From Bacillota bacterium (GTDB lineage: Bacteria > Bacillota_I > Bacilli_A > Izemoplasmatales > Hujiaoplasmataceae): a stretch of 62,969 nt of DNA. Shown piece by piece: positions 40,941 to 50,410 of the stretch (the stretch's first letter is position 1; each line of letters begins with the position of its first letter). Location of the stretch: contig QKCT01000106.1 of the NCBI GenBank assembly GCA_003245625.1, positions 1 to 62,969 on the forward strand, read 5' to 3'. The translations under genes and the position numbers were made by a program. The notes under the pieces were generated by a model. That model ran no database searches and was not told where the DNA came from. It saw nothing but the letters and a program-made list of their open reading frames with translations.

Positions 40941-41909
40941 TTATTCTGCTGAATAATAGAATCCGTCCACCGGTAAAGCTCCGCCAATTAAAGCGGCATT
41001 CATATTCAATATAATGGTAAAGTATGCTTCTAAATCTGTTCTAACATCAACCGCACTAACATAATCCAAATGACAATTTGGAATTGCAGTTGTAAGAATG
41101 GATTCACTAAATCCGTACTCAAATTGAGTTGCTAGATTATATGCTTCTGTAATATCACTATTGACAGCTGAAATGGATGCTTCCAAATCCGTTAAGAATT
41201 GAGCGATTTGTGCATCGGTAAGAGTTGTTTTCCCAAAAACTCCCGCTTGTGGATAGGAACTCTCTCCTGTAATTGCTTCATATTCATCTTGAAGATCGAT
41301 AATTTGGAATCCTGGAACATTATTTTGTAACACAGATAAAGACGGTTCTGCGGTCATGATAATCTTCGTATCATCCGCAATATAAGCTGAATTGGCTGTC
41401 GTAACAGAGTCTACATAAGTCAATGTAGCTGTTACATCATTCTCATCTAAAATATATTGTAAAATGATATCACTGGTAGCGTTTTGACCAAAGACAATGA
41501 TTTCTTTTCCTTCTAAGGAGTCGATTGTAAAATTGTCTTGTTGATTGCTAACGAGATAGTAATTTCCAAATGTCACAGCGGCTAAAAATTCATAACCGAT
41601 TCCGGTTGTATAGAGTTTTGCTCCTAAATTTGTAGGGGCAAAAACAAAATCATGAGTACCTGATGCAAGGGCCGCTACCAATGGATCGGCACCAATGACT
41701 ACATCCACATCATATCGTTCGCTTGCTTGTATGTAAAGTTGTGCCAAAGCCGGCGCTCCAGATGGCACCATAACTGATAACGGTTCTCCCATAGTTGTCG
41801 TTTCAGTCGTAGAATTCATTGTAGTAGATGCTTCCTCAGTCGTTTGAGCACATCCAAGAAATGCCACGCTAATTGTCACTGCAATCAGTGCTGCTAATAG
41901 TTTTTTCAT
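40941..41909 (-). CDS. ABC substrate-binding lipoprotein, NitT/TauT family
   Basis: Lipobox-like 'FLGC', Thr-rich linker, 'PSGAPAL', 'PTNLGAKLY', 'AEP', 'YPQAG', 'AIPNC'. Confidence 0.78.
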   Translation of the reverse strand: MKKLLAALIAVTISVAFLGCAQTTEEASTTMNSTTETTTMGEPLSVMVPSGAPALAQLYIQASERYDVDVVIGADPLVAALASGTHDFVFAPTNLGAKLYTTGIGYEFLAAVTFGNYYLVSNQQDNFTIDSLEGKEIIVFGQNATSDIILQYILDENDVTATLTYVDSVTTANSAYIADDTKIIMTAEPSLSVLQNNVPGFQIIDLQDEYEAITGESSYPQAGVFGKTTLTDAQIAQFLTDLEASISAVNSDITEAYNLATQFEYGFSESILTTAIPNCHLDYVSAVDVRTDLEAYFTIILNMNAALIGGALPVDGFYYSAE

Positions 41910-42024
41910 AATATCCTCCTATGATTGCTTATGCCACAATACATTATATAATAAATGAAGCGGATTTGGAAACGATCTTAATGAAAACCGCCTTTGCAAA
42001 CCCGCTACAGATATGTATGTGTAA

Positions 42025-43785
42025 TTAAATTTTTACGTCGTAGAACGAGCGTTTATTGTAATGTGTGTGTAATAATTCATGTGACTTATGAGAACTTGGC
42101 GAACCCAAGAATTCATCATAGATCATTTTAATTGCTGGATTTTCATGCGATTTACGGAATTCGGTATTGTGGTCGATATTGTAAAGAACTTTCGAACGCA
42201 ATGCTCGAACATCGTATTTTTCTTGGTTGACAGCGGAAACGATTGGTTGTCCACCACCATTGATACATCCACCAGTACATCCCATAAATTCCACAAAATG
42301 ATACTGTTTTCCAGTGGATTTCATCATTTTAAAGAATCCTTTGATTGCAGCTCCGCCATGAACTACCGCTACGTTGACATCAATTCCTGCAACATGATAT
42401 GTCGCTTCTTTGATATCTTGTAACCCACGAACTTCGGTGAACTCTACCGGAGTAGATTTCCCTTCTAGAATTTCGGTTACCGTTCTTAGTGCAGCTTCCA
42501 TTACCCCACCGCTAGCTCCAAAGATGGAAGCAGCACCGGTATAACTAGCCAAATCTCCAAATGGACGAATTGGATCTAAATCACGGAAAGGAATTCCTCT
42601 GTGTCGAATGATTCTTGCCAACTCTCTTGTGGTTAATACAAGATCCACATCCATATAGCCATCACGACCCATTTCTGGACGTTTCGCTTCCGCTTTCTTC
42701 GCAACACATGGCATGATAGAAACAGAATAGATATCCTTAGGATCTTTTCCTAGTTTCTTTGCGTAATAGGTCTTAATTAAAGCTCCCGCCATTTGTTGAG
42801 GGGATTTACAAGAAGATAGGTTTGGAATGTATTCTGGATAGTACAACTCAAGGTAGTTTACCCAACCTGGTGAACAAGAAGTAAACATTGGTAGTACACC
42901 ACCGTTTTGAACACGGTTAATAAATTCATGACCTTCTTCAATAATGGTTAAGTCGGCTGTAAAGTTTGTATCGATGATTTCATGAATACCCAAAGCTTTC
43001 AAAGCCGCAAACATTTGTCCTTCAACATTGGTTCCGATTTTGTATCCAAATTCTTCTCCAAGTGCTGCACGAACAGATGGCGCTACTTGAGCAACGATTG
43101 TTTTTGAAGTATCTCTTAATGCACGTTCCAACAATTTAATTTCATCTTTCTCACGAATCGCACCTGTTGGACAAGCTTGGATACATTTTCCACAATAGAT
43201 ACAACCTGCATCTTCCAAATTATGGAATTGCGCTGGACCTATATAGGTGTTGGATCCACGATTACTGAAATTTAAAATTCCAAGACCGGACAATTTTTCA
43301 CAAGCAGATACACAACGACCGCAAAGAACACATTTTGATGAATCTAGCATCATCGCTTCTGATGTGTCGTTCATCTTAATTTCTTTTTGATCGAATAATT
43401 TTGCATTTGAAAAGTCATTATCGACATTAAATCGACGTAATAAATCTAGGAATTCACAAGAATTTTCTCTGGAACATTTCCAGCACTCAAATTTATGATT
43501 TCCAGCTAATAGTTCTAAGTTAAAAGAAACGGCTTCATAGATTTCTTTTGTGTCAGTTTGTACAACCATACCCTCTGTAACTTTTGTTGAACAAGAAGTT
43601 TTTAACCCCTTCTGCCCTTCAACTTTTACAACACAGAGACGGCAATTGGATTCTTCATGAATTCCTTCTAAGAAGCACAATCTTGGCACGCTAATTCCAA
43701 TGGAATCCGCTGCTTTCATGATGGTATAATCGGATGGAACGGAGATTTGTCTTCCGTCTATTGTAATGTTTACATATTCAGCCAT
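42025..43785 (-). CDS. hydA: [FeFe]-hydrogenase group A catalytic subunit (HydA/HndD)
   Basis: H-cluster motifs TSCSPGW, MPCVAKKAE, EFMGCTGGCINGGGQP; N-terminal 2Fe-2S, His-ligated and two 4Fe-4S motifs; ATG 43785 coupled to upstream stop. Confidence 0.95.
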   Translation of the reverse strand: MAEYVNITIDGRQISVPSDYTIMKAADSIGISVPRLCFLEGIHEESNCRLCVVKVEGQKGLKTSCSTKVTEGMVVQTDTKEIYEAVSFNLELLAGNHKFECWKCSRENSCEFLDLLRRFNVDNDFSNAKLFDQKEIKMNDTSEAMMLDSSKCVLCGRCVSACEKLSGLGILNFSNRGSNTYIGPAQFHNLEDAGCIYCGKCIQACPTGAIREKDEIKLLERALRDTSKTIVAQVAPSVRAALGEEFGYKIGTNVEGQMFAALKALGIHEIIDTNFTADLTIIEEGHEFINRVQNGGVLPMFTSCSPGWVNYLELYYPEYIPNLSSCKSPQQMAGALIKTYYAKKLGKDPKDIYSVSIMPCVAKKAEAKRPEMGRDGYMDVDLVLTTRELARIIRHRGIPFRDLDPIRPFGDLASYTGAASIFGASGGVMEAALRTVTEILEGKSTPVEFTEVRGLQDIKEATYHVAGIDVNVAVVHGGAAIKGFFKMMKSTGKQYHFVEFMGCTGGCINGGGQPIVSAVNQEKYDVRALRSKVLYNIDHNTEFRKSHENPAIKMIYDEFLGSPSSHKSHELLHTHYNKRSFYDVKI

Positions 43786-45593
43786 TATGCCACCTTCCAA
43801 TCTTCCGGATCAGTAGAGATTGCATTGACAGGACAAGCAGTCTTGCAGGCTCCACATTTGACACAAATACTTGGATCAATAGTGTGTTTTCCTTTGACCG
43901 TTCCTTCAATCGCTCCAACCGGACAGTTACGAGCACATTTCGTACAACCGATGCATGCGTCAGTAATCACATAATTTGTTAAATGAGAACACACACCTGC
44001 AGGGCAAACTTTGTCAACGACATGCGCAAGATATTCATCGCGGAAATGTTTTAAGGTTGATAGCACAGGGTTTGGAGCTGTCTGACCTAATCCGCAAAGA
44101 GATGAGTCTTTAATCATATTTCCAAGACTTTCCAAGACATCAAGATCTTCTAAAGTCCCTTGACCAGCACAGATACGATTTAGAATGTCAAGCATTCTTT
44201 TGGTACCTTCGCGGCATGGAGTACATTTACCGCAAGATTCATCAACGGTAAATTCCAAATAGAAACGAGCAACGTCAACCATACAGTTATCTTCGTCCAT
44301 GATAATCATACCGCCAGATCCCATCATAGATCCAAGCCCAATAAGATTATCAAAATCGATTGGTGTATCCAATGATTCTTTGGTAATACATCCACCAGAA
44401 GGACCTCCGGTTTGAACCGCTTTAAACTCGCGTTTGTTTGGAATCCCACCACCGATTTCATAGATAACTTCTCTTAAAGTAGTTCCCATAGGAATCTCTA
44501 ATAAACCAGTATTGGCAATTTTTCCACCAAGTGCGAATACTTTTGTTCCACTTGATTTTTCTGTTCCGATCGATTTAAACCAGTCCGCTCCTTTCAAAAA
44601 GATAACTGGAATATTCGCAAATGTTTCTACATTGTTTACATTCGTAGGCTTACCAAACAACCCCTTTACAGCTGGGAAAGGCGGTTTCTTTCTTGGCATA
44701 CCACGTTCTCCTTCGATGGAGGCAATCAAAGCAGTTTCTTCACCACATACGAAAGCACCGGCTCCTAGTCGAAGTTCGATATTAAAACTAAAATCTGATC
44801 CGAATAGATTGTCTCCTAGCACTCCAAGATCTTTGGCTTGCTGGATTGCTTCTTCTAGACGGGCAACTGCTACTGGATACTCTGCACGAATGTAGATATA
44901 TCCCGTATCGGCACCGATTGCATATCCACAAATTGCCATTGCTTCCAAGACGGAATGTGGATCGCCTTCTAATACGGCGCGATCCATGAATGCGCCAGGA
45001 TCGCCTTCATCAGCATTACAGATAACAAATTTTTGCTCAGATACTGATTTTCTCGCAAACTCCCATTTAAGTCCGGTAGGGAATCCACCGCCACCACGAC
45101 CTCTCAGTCCTGATTTCTTCATTTCATCTATTACTTCTTCAGGTGTCATTTTGGTTAAAACTTTTCCTAAAGCTTCATATCCTTGTCTAGCGATATATTC
45201 ATTAATGTTTAACGGATCGATTACACCGCAATTGCGCAATGCGATTCGTTTTTGACGTGCAAAAAATGTTAATTCAGAACGGTTTCTGAATTTATTACGG
45301 TTAAACTCACCTTTGTAAAGTAATCTCTCTACTGGTTTACCGTTTTTAATATGTTGTTCCACGATTTGAGGAACATCCTCTACTTTTACACCGGAATAAA
45401 GCGTCTCTCCCGGGTAAACGACAACATGAGGCCCTAACGCACAAAGACCAAAACATCCTGTTAAGATTGTTTTGACATCATCACCTAGTGCTAATTTATT
45501 AATTTCTGAATTGAATTTGTCACGTAGTTCCAGTGAATTGCTTTCTTTGCACTCCGTACCACCACAAATCAATATGTGCATTCTATCCAGCAT
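43785..45593 (-). CDS. NuoF-like NADH/FMN-binding hydrogenase subunit (HydB/HndC)
   Basis: 'SGLRGRGGGGFPTG.KW', 'NADEGDPG', 'GAGAFVCGEETAL', 'ESCGKCTPCREG', C-terminal 2x[4Fe-4S]. Confidence 0.93.
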   Translation of the reverse strand: MLDRMHILICGGTECKESNSLELRDKFNSEINKLALGDDVKTILTGCFGLCALGPHVVVYPGETLYSGVKVEDVPQIVEQHIKNGKPVERLLYKGEFNRNKFRNRSELTFFARQKRIALRNCGVIDPLNINEYIARQGYEALGKVLTKMTPEEVIDEMKKSGLRGRGGGGFPTGLKWEFARKSVSEQKFVICNADEGDPGAFMDRAVLEGDPHSVLEAMAICGYAIGADTGYIYIRAEYPVAVARLEEAIQQAKDLGVLGDNLFGSDFSFNIELRLGAGAFVCGEETALIASIEGERGMPRKKPPFPAVKGLFGKPTNVNNVETFANIPVIFLKGADWFKSIGTEKSSGTKVFALGGKIANTGLLEIPMGTTLREVIYEIGGGIPNKREFKAVQTGGPSGGCITKESLDTPIDFDNLIGLGSMMGSGGMIIMDEDNCMVDVARFYLEFTVDESCGKCTPCREGTKRMLDILNRICAGQGTLEDLDVLESLGNMIKDSSLCGLGQTAPNPVLSTLKHFRDEYLAHVVDKVCPAGVCSHLTNYVITDACIGCTKCARNCPVGAIEGTVKGKHTIDPSICVKCGACKTACPVNAISTDPEDWKVA

Positions 45594-45599
45594 TGTTGG

Positions 45600-45968
45600 T
45601 TACCGTTTTATTTTCGATAAAAGATACTTATCGATTCTGTTACCTTTCAAAATATGTTCTTCAACAATCTCAGACGCGATTCTGTCCGTGACGAGACAGT
45701 AGATTGTTTTTGATCCGTTTGATTCCAATATTTCAACGATTGGTTCAAACGCGCACTCGCCCATGCAACCGACTTTCGTCACTTCCACGTTATCCAAATT
45801 CAAGGCTTTGATTTCTTCGACAAATGTATCATAAACTGGTTTTGCTCCAGCTGCGATTCCACATGTTCCATAACCCACTTGAACTCTCACGCCGTTTGCC
45901 ACACCGATCATATACATTTTTTCATATGACTTCTTGCGTAATGCTTTTAGTTCTTCGAGCGTTTTCAT
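45600..45968 (-). CDS. Thioredoxin-like ferredoxin hydrogenase subunit (HndB-like)
   Basis: 'VGYGTCGIAAGA', 'VGCMGEC..EP', 'IVEEHI..G'. Confidence 0.87.
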   Translation of the reverse strand: MKTLEELKALRKKSYEKMYMIGVANGVRVQVGYGTCGIAAGAKPVYDTFVEEIKALNLDNVEVTKVGCMGECAFEPIVEILESNGSKTIYCLVTDRIASEIVEEHILKGNRIDKYLLSKIKR

Positions 45969-46001
45969 GCTACCCTCCTATATTCAGTTTCAAGACCGTT
46001 T

Positions 46002-46484
46002 TTACTTTTTTAATGTTTGAATGACTTTCTTTACCATTTGTACGGATCCGTTCGCATAAACTTCATCATTTACCGTAAACACTGGTGCTAATCCGCAAGC
46101 TCCGATACAACGGGTTGCCTCTAGCGTGAATAAGCCATCTTCAGATGTCTCTCCGACTTCGACTTTGAGATCGTGAGAAAATGCATCTAATATTCCTTGA
46201 GATCCTTTGACATAACATGCAGTTCCCAAACATACACTAACGATGTTTTCGCCTTTAGGTTCAACCGAGAAGTGTCCGTAGAATGTTACGACACCATTGA
46301 TTCTAGCGATACTGACATCGAGTTCGTTAGCGATGATTTTTTGAACTGGTAATGGAATACATCCAAAAATACGTTGCGCTGCATGTAGTGTAGGCATCAA
46401 TGGACCCGGCTCTTGTTTGTACTTTTCCATTACTGCATACAATTCATCAACTTTCTCATCAGTGATATTGACTTTTGCTCCCAC
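46002..46484 (-). CDS. NuoE-like [2Fe-2S] hydrogenase subunit (HydC/HndA)
   Basis: 'GVVTFY', 'VCLGTACYVKG', 'RCIGACGLAP'; GTG start with RBS AAGGAG. Confidence 0.92.
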   Translation of the reverse strand: MGAKVNITDEKVDELYAVMEKYKQEPGPLMPTLHAAQRIFGCIPLPVQKIIANELDVSIARINGVVTFYGHFSVEPKGENIVSVCLGTACYVKGSQGILDAFSHDLKVEVGETSEDGLFTLEATRCIGACGLAPVFTVNDEVYANGSVQMVKKVIQTLKK

Positions 46485-46520
46485 AGTTAGTCTCCTTTCT
46501 ATATTCCTATAAGCATAGTA

Positions 46521-46549
46521 ATTATAACACGCGGGGTTTAAAAACCCAA
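46521..46549 (-). promoter_or_regulatory. Putative promoter of hydrogenase operon
   Basis: Minus strand TTGGGT-N17-TATAAT with extended -10 TG. Confidence 0.55.
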
Positions 46550-46638
46550 CACAATTTTCAGATGGTAAACGTTTTCTTTTCTCACTTTTATTAGACCCCC
46601 CTTCTAATACCCCCTTAAAATAGGCAAGTATAATCGAG

Positions 46639-46664
46639 AAAAAAAACCACTCTAAAAGAGTGAT
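46639..46664 (-). terminator. Intrinsic terminator
   Basis: Minus strand ATCACTCT-TTT-AGAGTGGT followed by a long T run. Confidence 0.7.
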
Positions 46665-46714
46665 TCGTGATTTTAATATCGCGTTTCTTCGCTATTTTTA
46701 GTTGTTTATCGAAA

Positions 46715-48373
46715 CTACTTTCTCTTTAAGAGGACTATCCAAACTACATTCGAAACAACCAGCAAAAAACTAAGTGATCCACCGATAATTACTTCTTGAA
46801 AACGGCTGAAAAACGGTTCTTCCACTACTGTTTCTTGCCCTCCTTGATGAATATAATCGATTGGTCTTTCTACAACTCTAATTTCGAATTCCTTTTCAAG
46901 ATTATCACCCGTTTCTGTTTGAAAATTCAAATTTAAATGATAAACACCTGGAACACTTGCGTTTTTGGTATATGAATCATAGATGACGGATATGTAATAA
47001 TCTAAGTCCTTGCTTAATTCGTTTGCGTTAATTAGTAATTGTGTAAAGTCTGGTAAAGACATCACAGTATCTGTATATGTTTGGATAACAGAAGAGTCAA
47101 AATACACCATCGGACCAAGTTCATCTACGACATCAATTGTAACTCGGTGATAGTTTTTATTCCCAGATGAGTCTGTAACAGAGAACTCTACTTCATAACT
47201 ACCAAGTACAGATGGATTAGAACTATAATTGTCAGATTCAAGTACCAACTCCAAATCTTCAGTTAAATCATAATTATCGATATAGCTAATATCAGCCATA
47301 ATCTCAGCTATCGTAATTGGAGAATCATATCCGATTACAATCGTCTCAACACCGTTAATGATTGGCCCTTCTTCATCAACAACTACAATTTCTTGAATAT
47401 ATTCCGCCGTATTTCCTGAGGAATCCCTCACTGAAAAAGTCACCTCATAGGTACCGACAATCGATGAGTTTGGCGTATATTCGTCAGAGACAAGAAAAAT
47501 ATCATCTGTCACATCTCCGTCGTAATTATCACTCGCCGATAAGAGAGATTTTATATAATTAACGGTATAGGTATTAGGAAATACTGCCGTCAAGGTTCCA
47601 ACGGTTGAAAAGACAGGTTGTAAAATGTCAACAAGTTCCACTTCTATTGTAATCTGGGTTGTATTTCCAGCAGTATCACTCACTTCAAATACCACATCAT
47701 ATACTCCTAAAATCGTATTGTTCGCTGTATATCCGTCTGAAACTAATACGATGTCTGAAGATACATCTCCATCTATGGAATCGTAAGCAGTCAAAGCTGA
47801 TTGTATTTCAGTGACAGTAATTGGAGAATCATAATAGGAAACAACCGTTCCTGCATTTTGAAAATATGGTGCGGATGTATCAATAATAGTACCTTCTATA
47901 TATTGTTCATATGATGTAAATACCATTCCCTCTTCTAATTGAAAATGATTCATTCCATATCCATCAAAGTAACCATTTATATTCTCAAATGATATCGAAA
48001 GATAATTACAAGAAGAACTTGTTAAAAAAGTATAACTATACCATTCATCAACGGAATCAACTGAGTAAACCATATCGTCCACATCAAATGAAATCGTTTG
48101 AATCATAGAAGCATTGTCATAATACTCAATTTCTATCTCAGACCATGGCTCATCAGCATAAAATCTCGGCACTGTTAATGTATAATTGGTATATGATTTC
48201 ACTAAAAAAGGTTCTGAAGAGACATTGTATCCACCTATCAATTCAAATCCACCTTCATATATATAGTTTTTTCCGCCCGGCAGATAGTGCGGAGAGTAGG
48301 CATTGACGAAAACTTGTTGAGTAAAAAGAAAAAGCACGCTTAGTATGATAGACATCATTATTTTTTTATTCAT
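46715..48373 (-). CDS. Surface protein with signal peptide, tandem Ig-like (HYR/DUF5011-like) repeats and C-terminal TM anchor
   Basis: Three clear ~84-aa repeats 'D..P...A.D.YDGD...L.SD.Y..N....G.Y.V.F.V.D..GN' plus a degenerate fourth; C-terminal TM ending KRK. Confidence 0.8.
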   Translation of the reverse strand: MNKKIMMSIILSVLFLFTQQVFVNAYSPHYLPGGKNYIYEGGFELIGGYNVSSEPFLVKSYTNYTLTVPRFYADEPWSEIEIEYYDNASMIQTISFDVDDMVYSVDSVDEWYSYTFLTSSSCNYLSISFENINGYFDGYGMNHFQLEEGMVFTSYEQYIEGTIIDTSAPYFQNAGTVVSYYDSPITVTEIQSALTAYDSIDGDVSSDIVLVSDGYTANNTILGVYDVVFEVSDTAGNTTQITIEVELVDILQPVFSTVGTLTAVFPNTYTVNYIKSLLSASDNYDGDVTDDIFLVSDEYTPNSSIVGTYEVTFSVRDSSGNTAEYIQEIVVVDEEGPIINGVETIVIGYDSPITIAEIMADISYIDNYDLTEDLELVLESDNYSSNPSVLGSYEVEFSVTDSSGNKNYHRVTIDVVDELGPMVYFDSSVIQTYTDTVMSLPDFTQLLINANELSKDLDYYISVIYDSYTKNASVPGVYHLNLNFQTETGDNLEKEFEIRVVERPIDYIHQGGQETVVEEPFFSRFQEVIIGGSLSFLLVVSNVVWIVLLKRK

Positions 48374-48499
48374 GTGTTAACCACCTCTTTGACAACATAA
48401 TACCAACGACTCTTCTTTTTTCTTTTTGGAGAAACGAGAAATGTATCTCACGAGCAAAACACTTTAAAAAGTGTTATACTATTTGTGAGGTGATATATT

Positions 48500-49324
48500 A
48501 TGGAATTTGTTACATTAAACAATGGCATCAAAATGCCCATTGTTGGCCTCGGAACATTTCGCAGTGAATCCGAGGATGCCTATCAAGCGGTATTGGCCGC
48601 ACTAAAAGCAGGATATCGTCATATTGATACGGCTGCAGTTTATGGTAATGAAGAAGCGGTTGGAAAAGCAATCAAGGATTCCGGTATTCCCAGAGAAGAA
48701 TTGTTTATCACAACGAAATTATGGAATACCGATCAAGGATATGATTCAGCACTTCAAGCTTTTGATGTGTCATTAGGCAAGTTAGAATTAGACTATGTGG
48801 ATCTTTATCTCATTCACTGGTTCAAGGGATATGAAAACTCCTTGAATTCCTATCGTGCTTTAGAAGAGTTATATAGACAAGGAAAAGTCAAAGCAATTGG
48901 AGTATCCAACTACAACATTCATCACCTGCAACATCTATTAGAACATGCAAAAATCAAACCGATGGTGAATCAAGTAGAAACACACATTTATCTACAAAAT
49001 CACTTTTTAAATGATTTCTGCAAGCAAAATGGAATACAACTAGAAGCTTATGCTCCTTTACTTTCCAAAGGCATAAACGAGCTTCTCGAAAATGAAACCT
49101 TGAACGAAATCGCAAAGAAGTATAACAAAACAGTTGTTCAAGTAAACCTCAGATGGTTTGTGGACCGAGGAATCGTGGTGATTCCAAAAAGTGTAACACC
49201 AAAACGAATTGAAAGTAATTATGACATATTTGATTTCCAATTGGACGATGAGGATTTACAAGCGATTCGAAAATTAAACCGAGGAAGAAAATTCTTCCCG
49301 GAATTTGACAATGTGGAGTTCTAA
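48500..49324 (+). CDS. Aldo/keto reductase (2,5-DKG/glyoxal reductase-like)
   Basis: 'GYRHIDTA..YGNE', 'ITTKLW', 'YVDLYLIHW', 'IGVSN', 'IPKS'. Confidence 0.92.
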   Translation: MEFVTLNNGIKMPIVGLGTFRSESEDAYQAVLAALKAGYRHIDTAAVYGNEEAVGKAIKDSGIPREELFITTKLWNTDQGYDSALQAFDVSLGKLELDYVDLYLIHWFKGYENSLNSYRALEELYRQGKVKAIGVSNYNIHHLQHLLEHAKIKPMVNQVETHIYLQNHFLNDFCKQNGIQLEAYAPLLSKGINELLENETLNEIAKKYNKTVVQVNLRWFVDRGIVVIPKSVTPKRIESNYDIFDFQLDDEDLQAIRKLNRGRKFFPEFDNVEF

Positions 49325-49325
49325 A

Positions 49326-50291
49326 ATGGTACGATTTGGTATAGTAGGCGCTGGTGGTATCGCTAAAAAATTCGCAAGGGATATCACATTTGTAGAAAAC
49401 GCCAAGATTACGGCTGTAGCTGCCAGAAATCAAGAAAAAGCGAATGAATACAAAGAGTATTATAAAGTTGATTATGCATTTTCTAGTTACGAAGAAATGG
49501 CAAAAAGTGATGTGATTGACGCGGTTTATATCGCAACACCTCACAACTTCCATTTAGAACATGCAATTATGTTTTTACAAAATAAGAAACATGTTTTAGT
49601 GGAGAAGCCAATCACAGTGAATTACCCACAATACGAATTGATGTTGGAAGTAGCACAAAAGAACAATGTATTGCTGATGGAAGCAATGTGGACTCATTTT
49701 CTTCCTTCAACTCGTTTTGTAAAAGATTTAATTGATCAAAAAGAACTTGGAACCTTAAAAAAAGCAACCATTGAATTCGGATATGAACTGATCAATGATA
49801 ACAAAACAGATCGACGTTGGTTAAACCCAGAACTAGCTGGCGGATCGATTCTAGATATGGGAGTTTATCCTTTTAGTTTCTATCTGCTAATTCAACAATC
49901 TCCAATCAAATCTCTTATTGCGGATGCAACATTAACCGATACAGGAGTAGATCAAACATGCAACGTAGAAATTATTGATGATAACAATGCAAAAATCTTT
50001 ATACGCTCTAGCATTGGCGAAGCATTTGAAAACAACGCTGTGTTGGAATTTGAAAATGGGATAATCAAAATGATTGACTTCTCAAGAAGTACCGAGTTTT
50101 ACGTTAATGAGAAACGCTACGATATGCCAATGGAGGGAGAAGGATTTGTCCATGAAATTCGTTCCTTTACAGAAACAATCGAAAATGGAGAAACAGAAAA
50201 TAAGATTATGACTCATAAAGCTTCCAAACGATCCATGAAGTTGATGGATGAGATTCGCAAGGCAATTCACCTAAAATATCCATTTGAATAA
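49326..50291 (+). CDS. Gfo/Idh/MocA family oxidoreductase
   Basis: 'FGIVGAGGIA', 'YIATPH', 'VLVEKP', 'LMEAMW', 'GGSILDMGVY'. Confidence 0.9.
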   Translation: MVRFGIVGAGGIAKKFARDITFVENAKITAVAARNQEKANEYKEYYKVDYAFSSYEEMAKSDVIDAVYIATPHNFHLEHAIMFLQNKKHVLVEKPITVNYPQYELMLEVAQKNNVLLMEAMWTHFLPSTRFVKDLIDQKELGTLKKATIEFGYELINDNKTDRRWLNPELAGGSILDMGVYPFSFYLLIQQSPIKSLIADATLTDTGVDQTCNVEIIDDNNAKIFIRSSIGEAFENNAVLEFENGIIKMIDFSRSTEFYVNEKRYDMPMEGEGFVHEIRSFTETIENGETENKIMTHKASKRSMKLMDEIRKAIHLKYPFE

Positions 50292-50294
50292 AGT

Positions 50295-50331
50295 AAAGTG
50301 CCAAATCCTTACTGGATATGGCACTTTTTTT
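50295..50331 (+). terminator. Intrinsic terminator
   Basis: AAAGTGCCA...TGGCACTTT followed by a T run. Confidence 0.75.
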
Positions 50332-50363
50332 AATTCGCTAGTTCTAAAATAAGACCCAATCAC

Positions 50364-50393
50364 AAAAAGAAGGTCTGCAAAGCAAACCTTCTT
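50364..50393 (-). terminator. Terminator after guaA
   Basis: Minus strand AAGAAGGTTTGC-TTT-GCAGACCTTCTT-TTT. Confidence 0.75.
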
Positions 50394-50410
50394 CCCCCCT
50401 GAATGGTATT

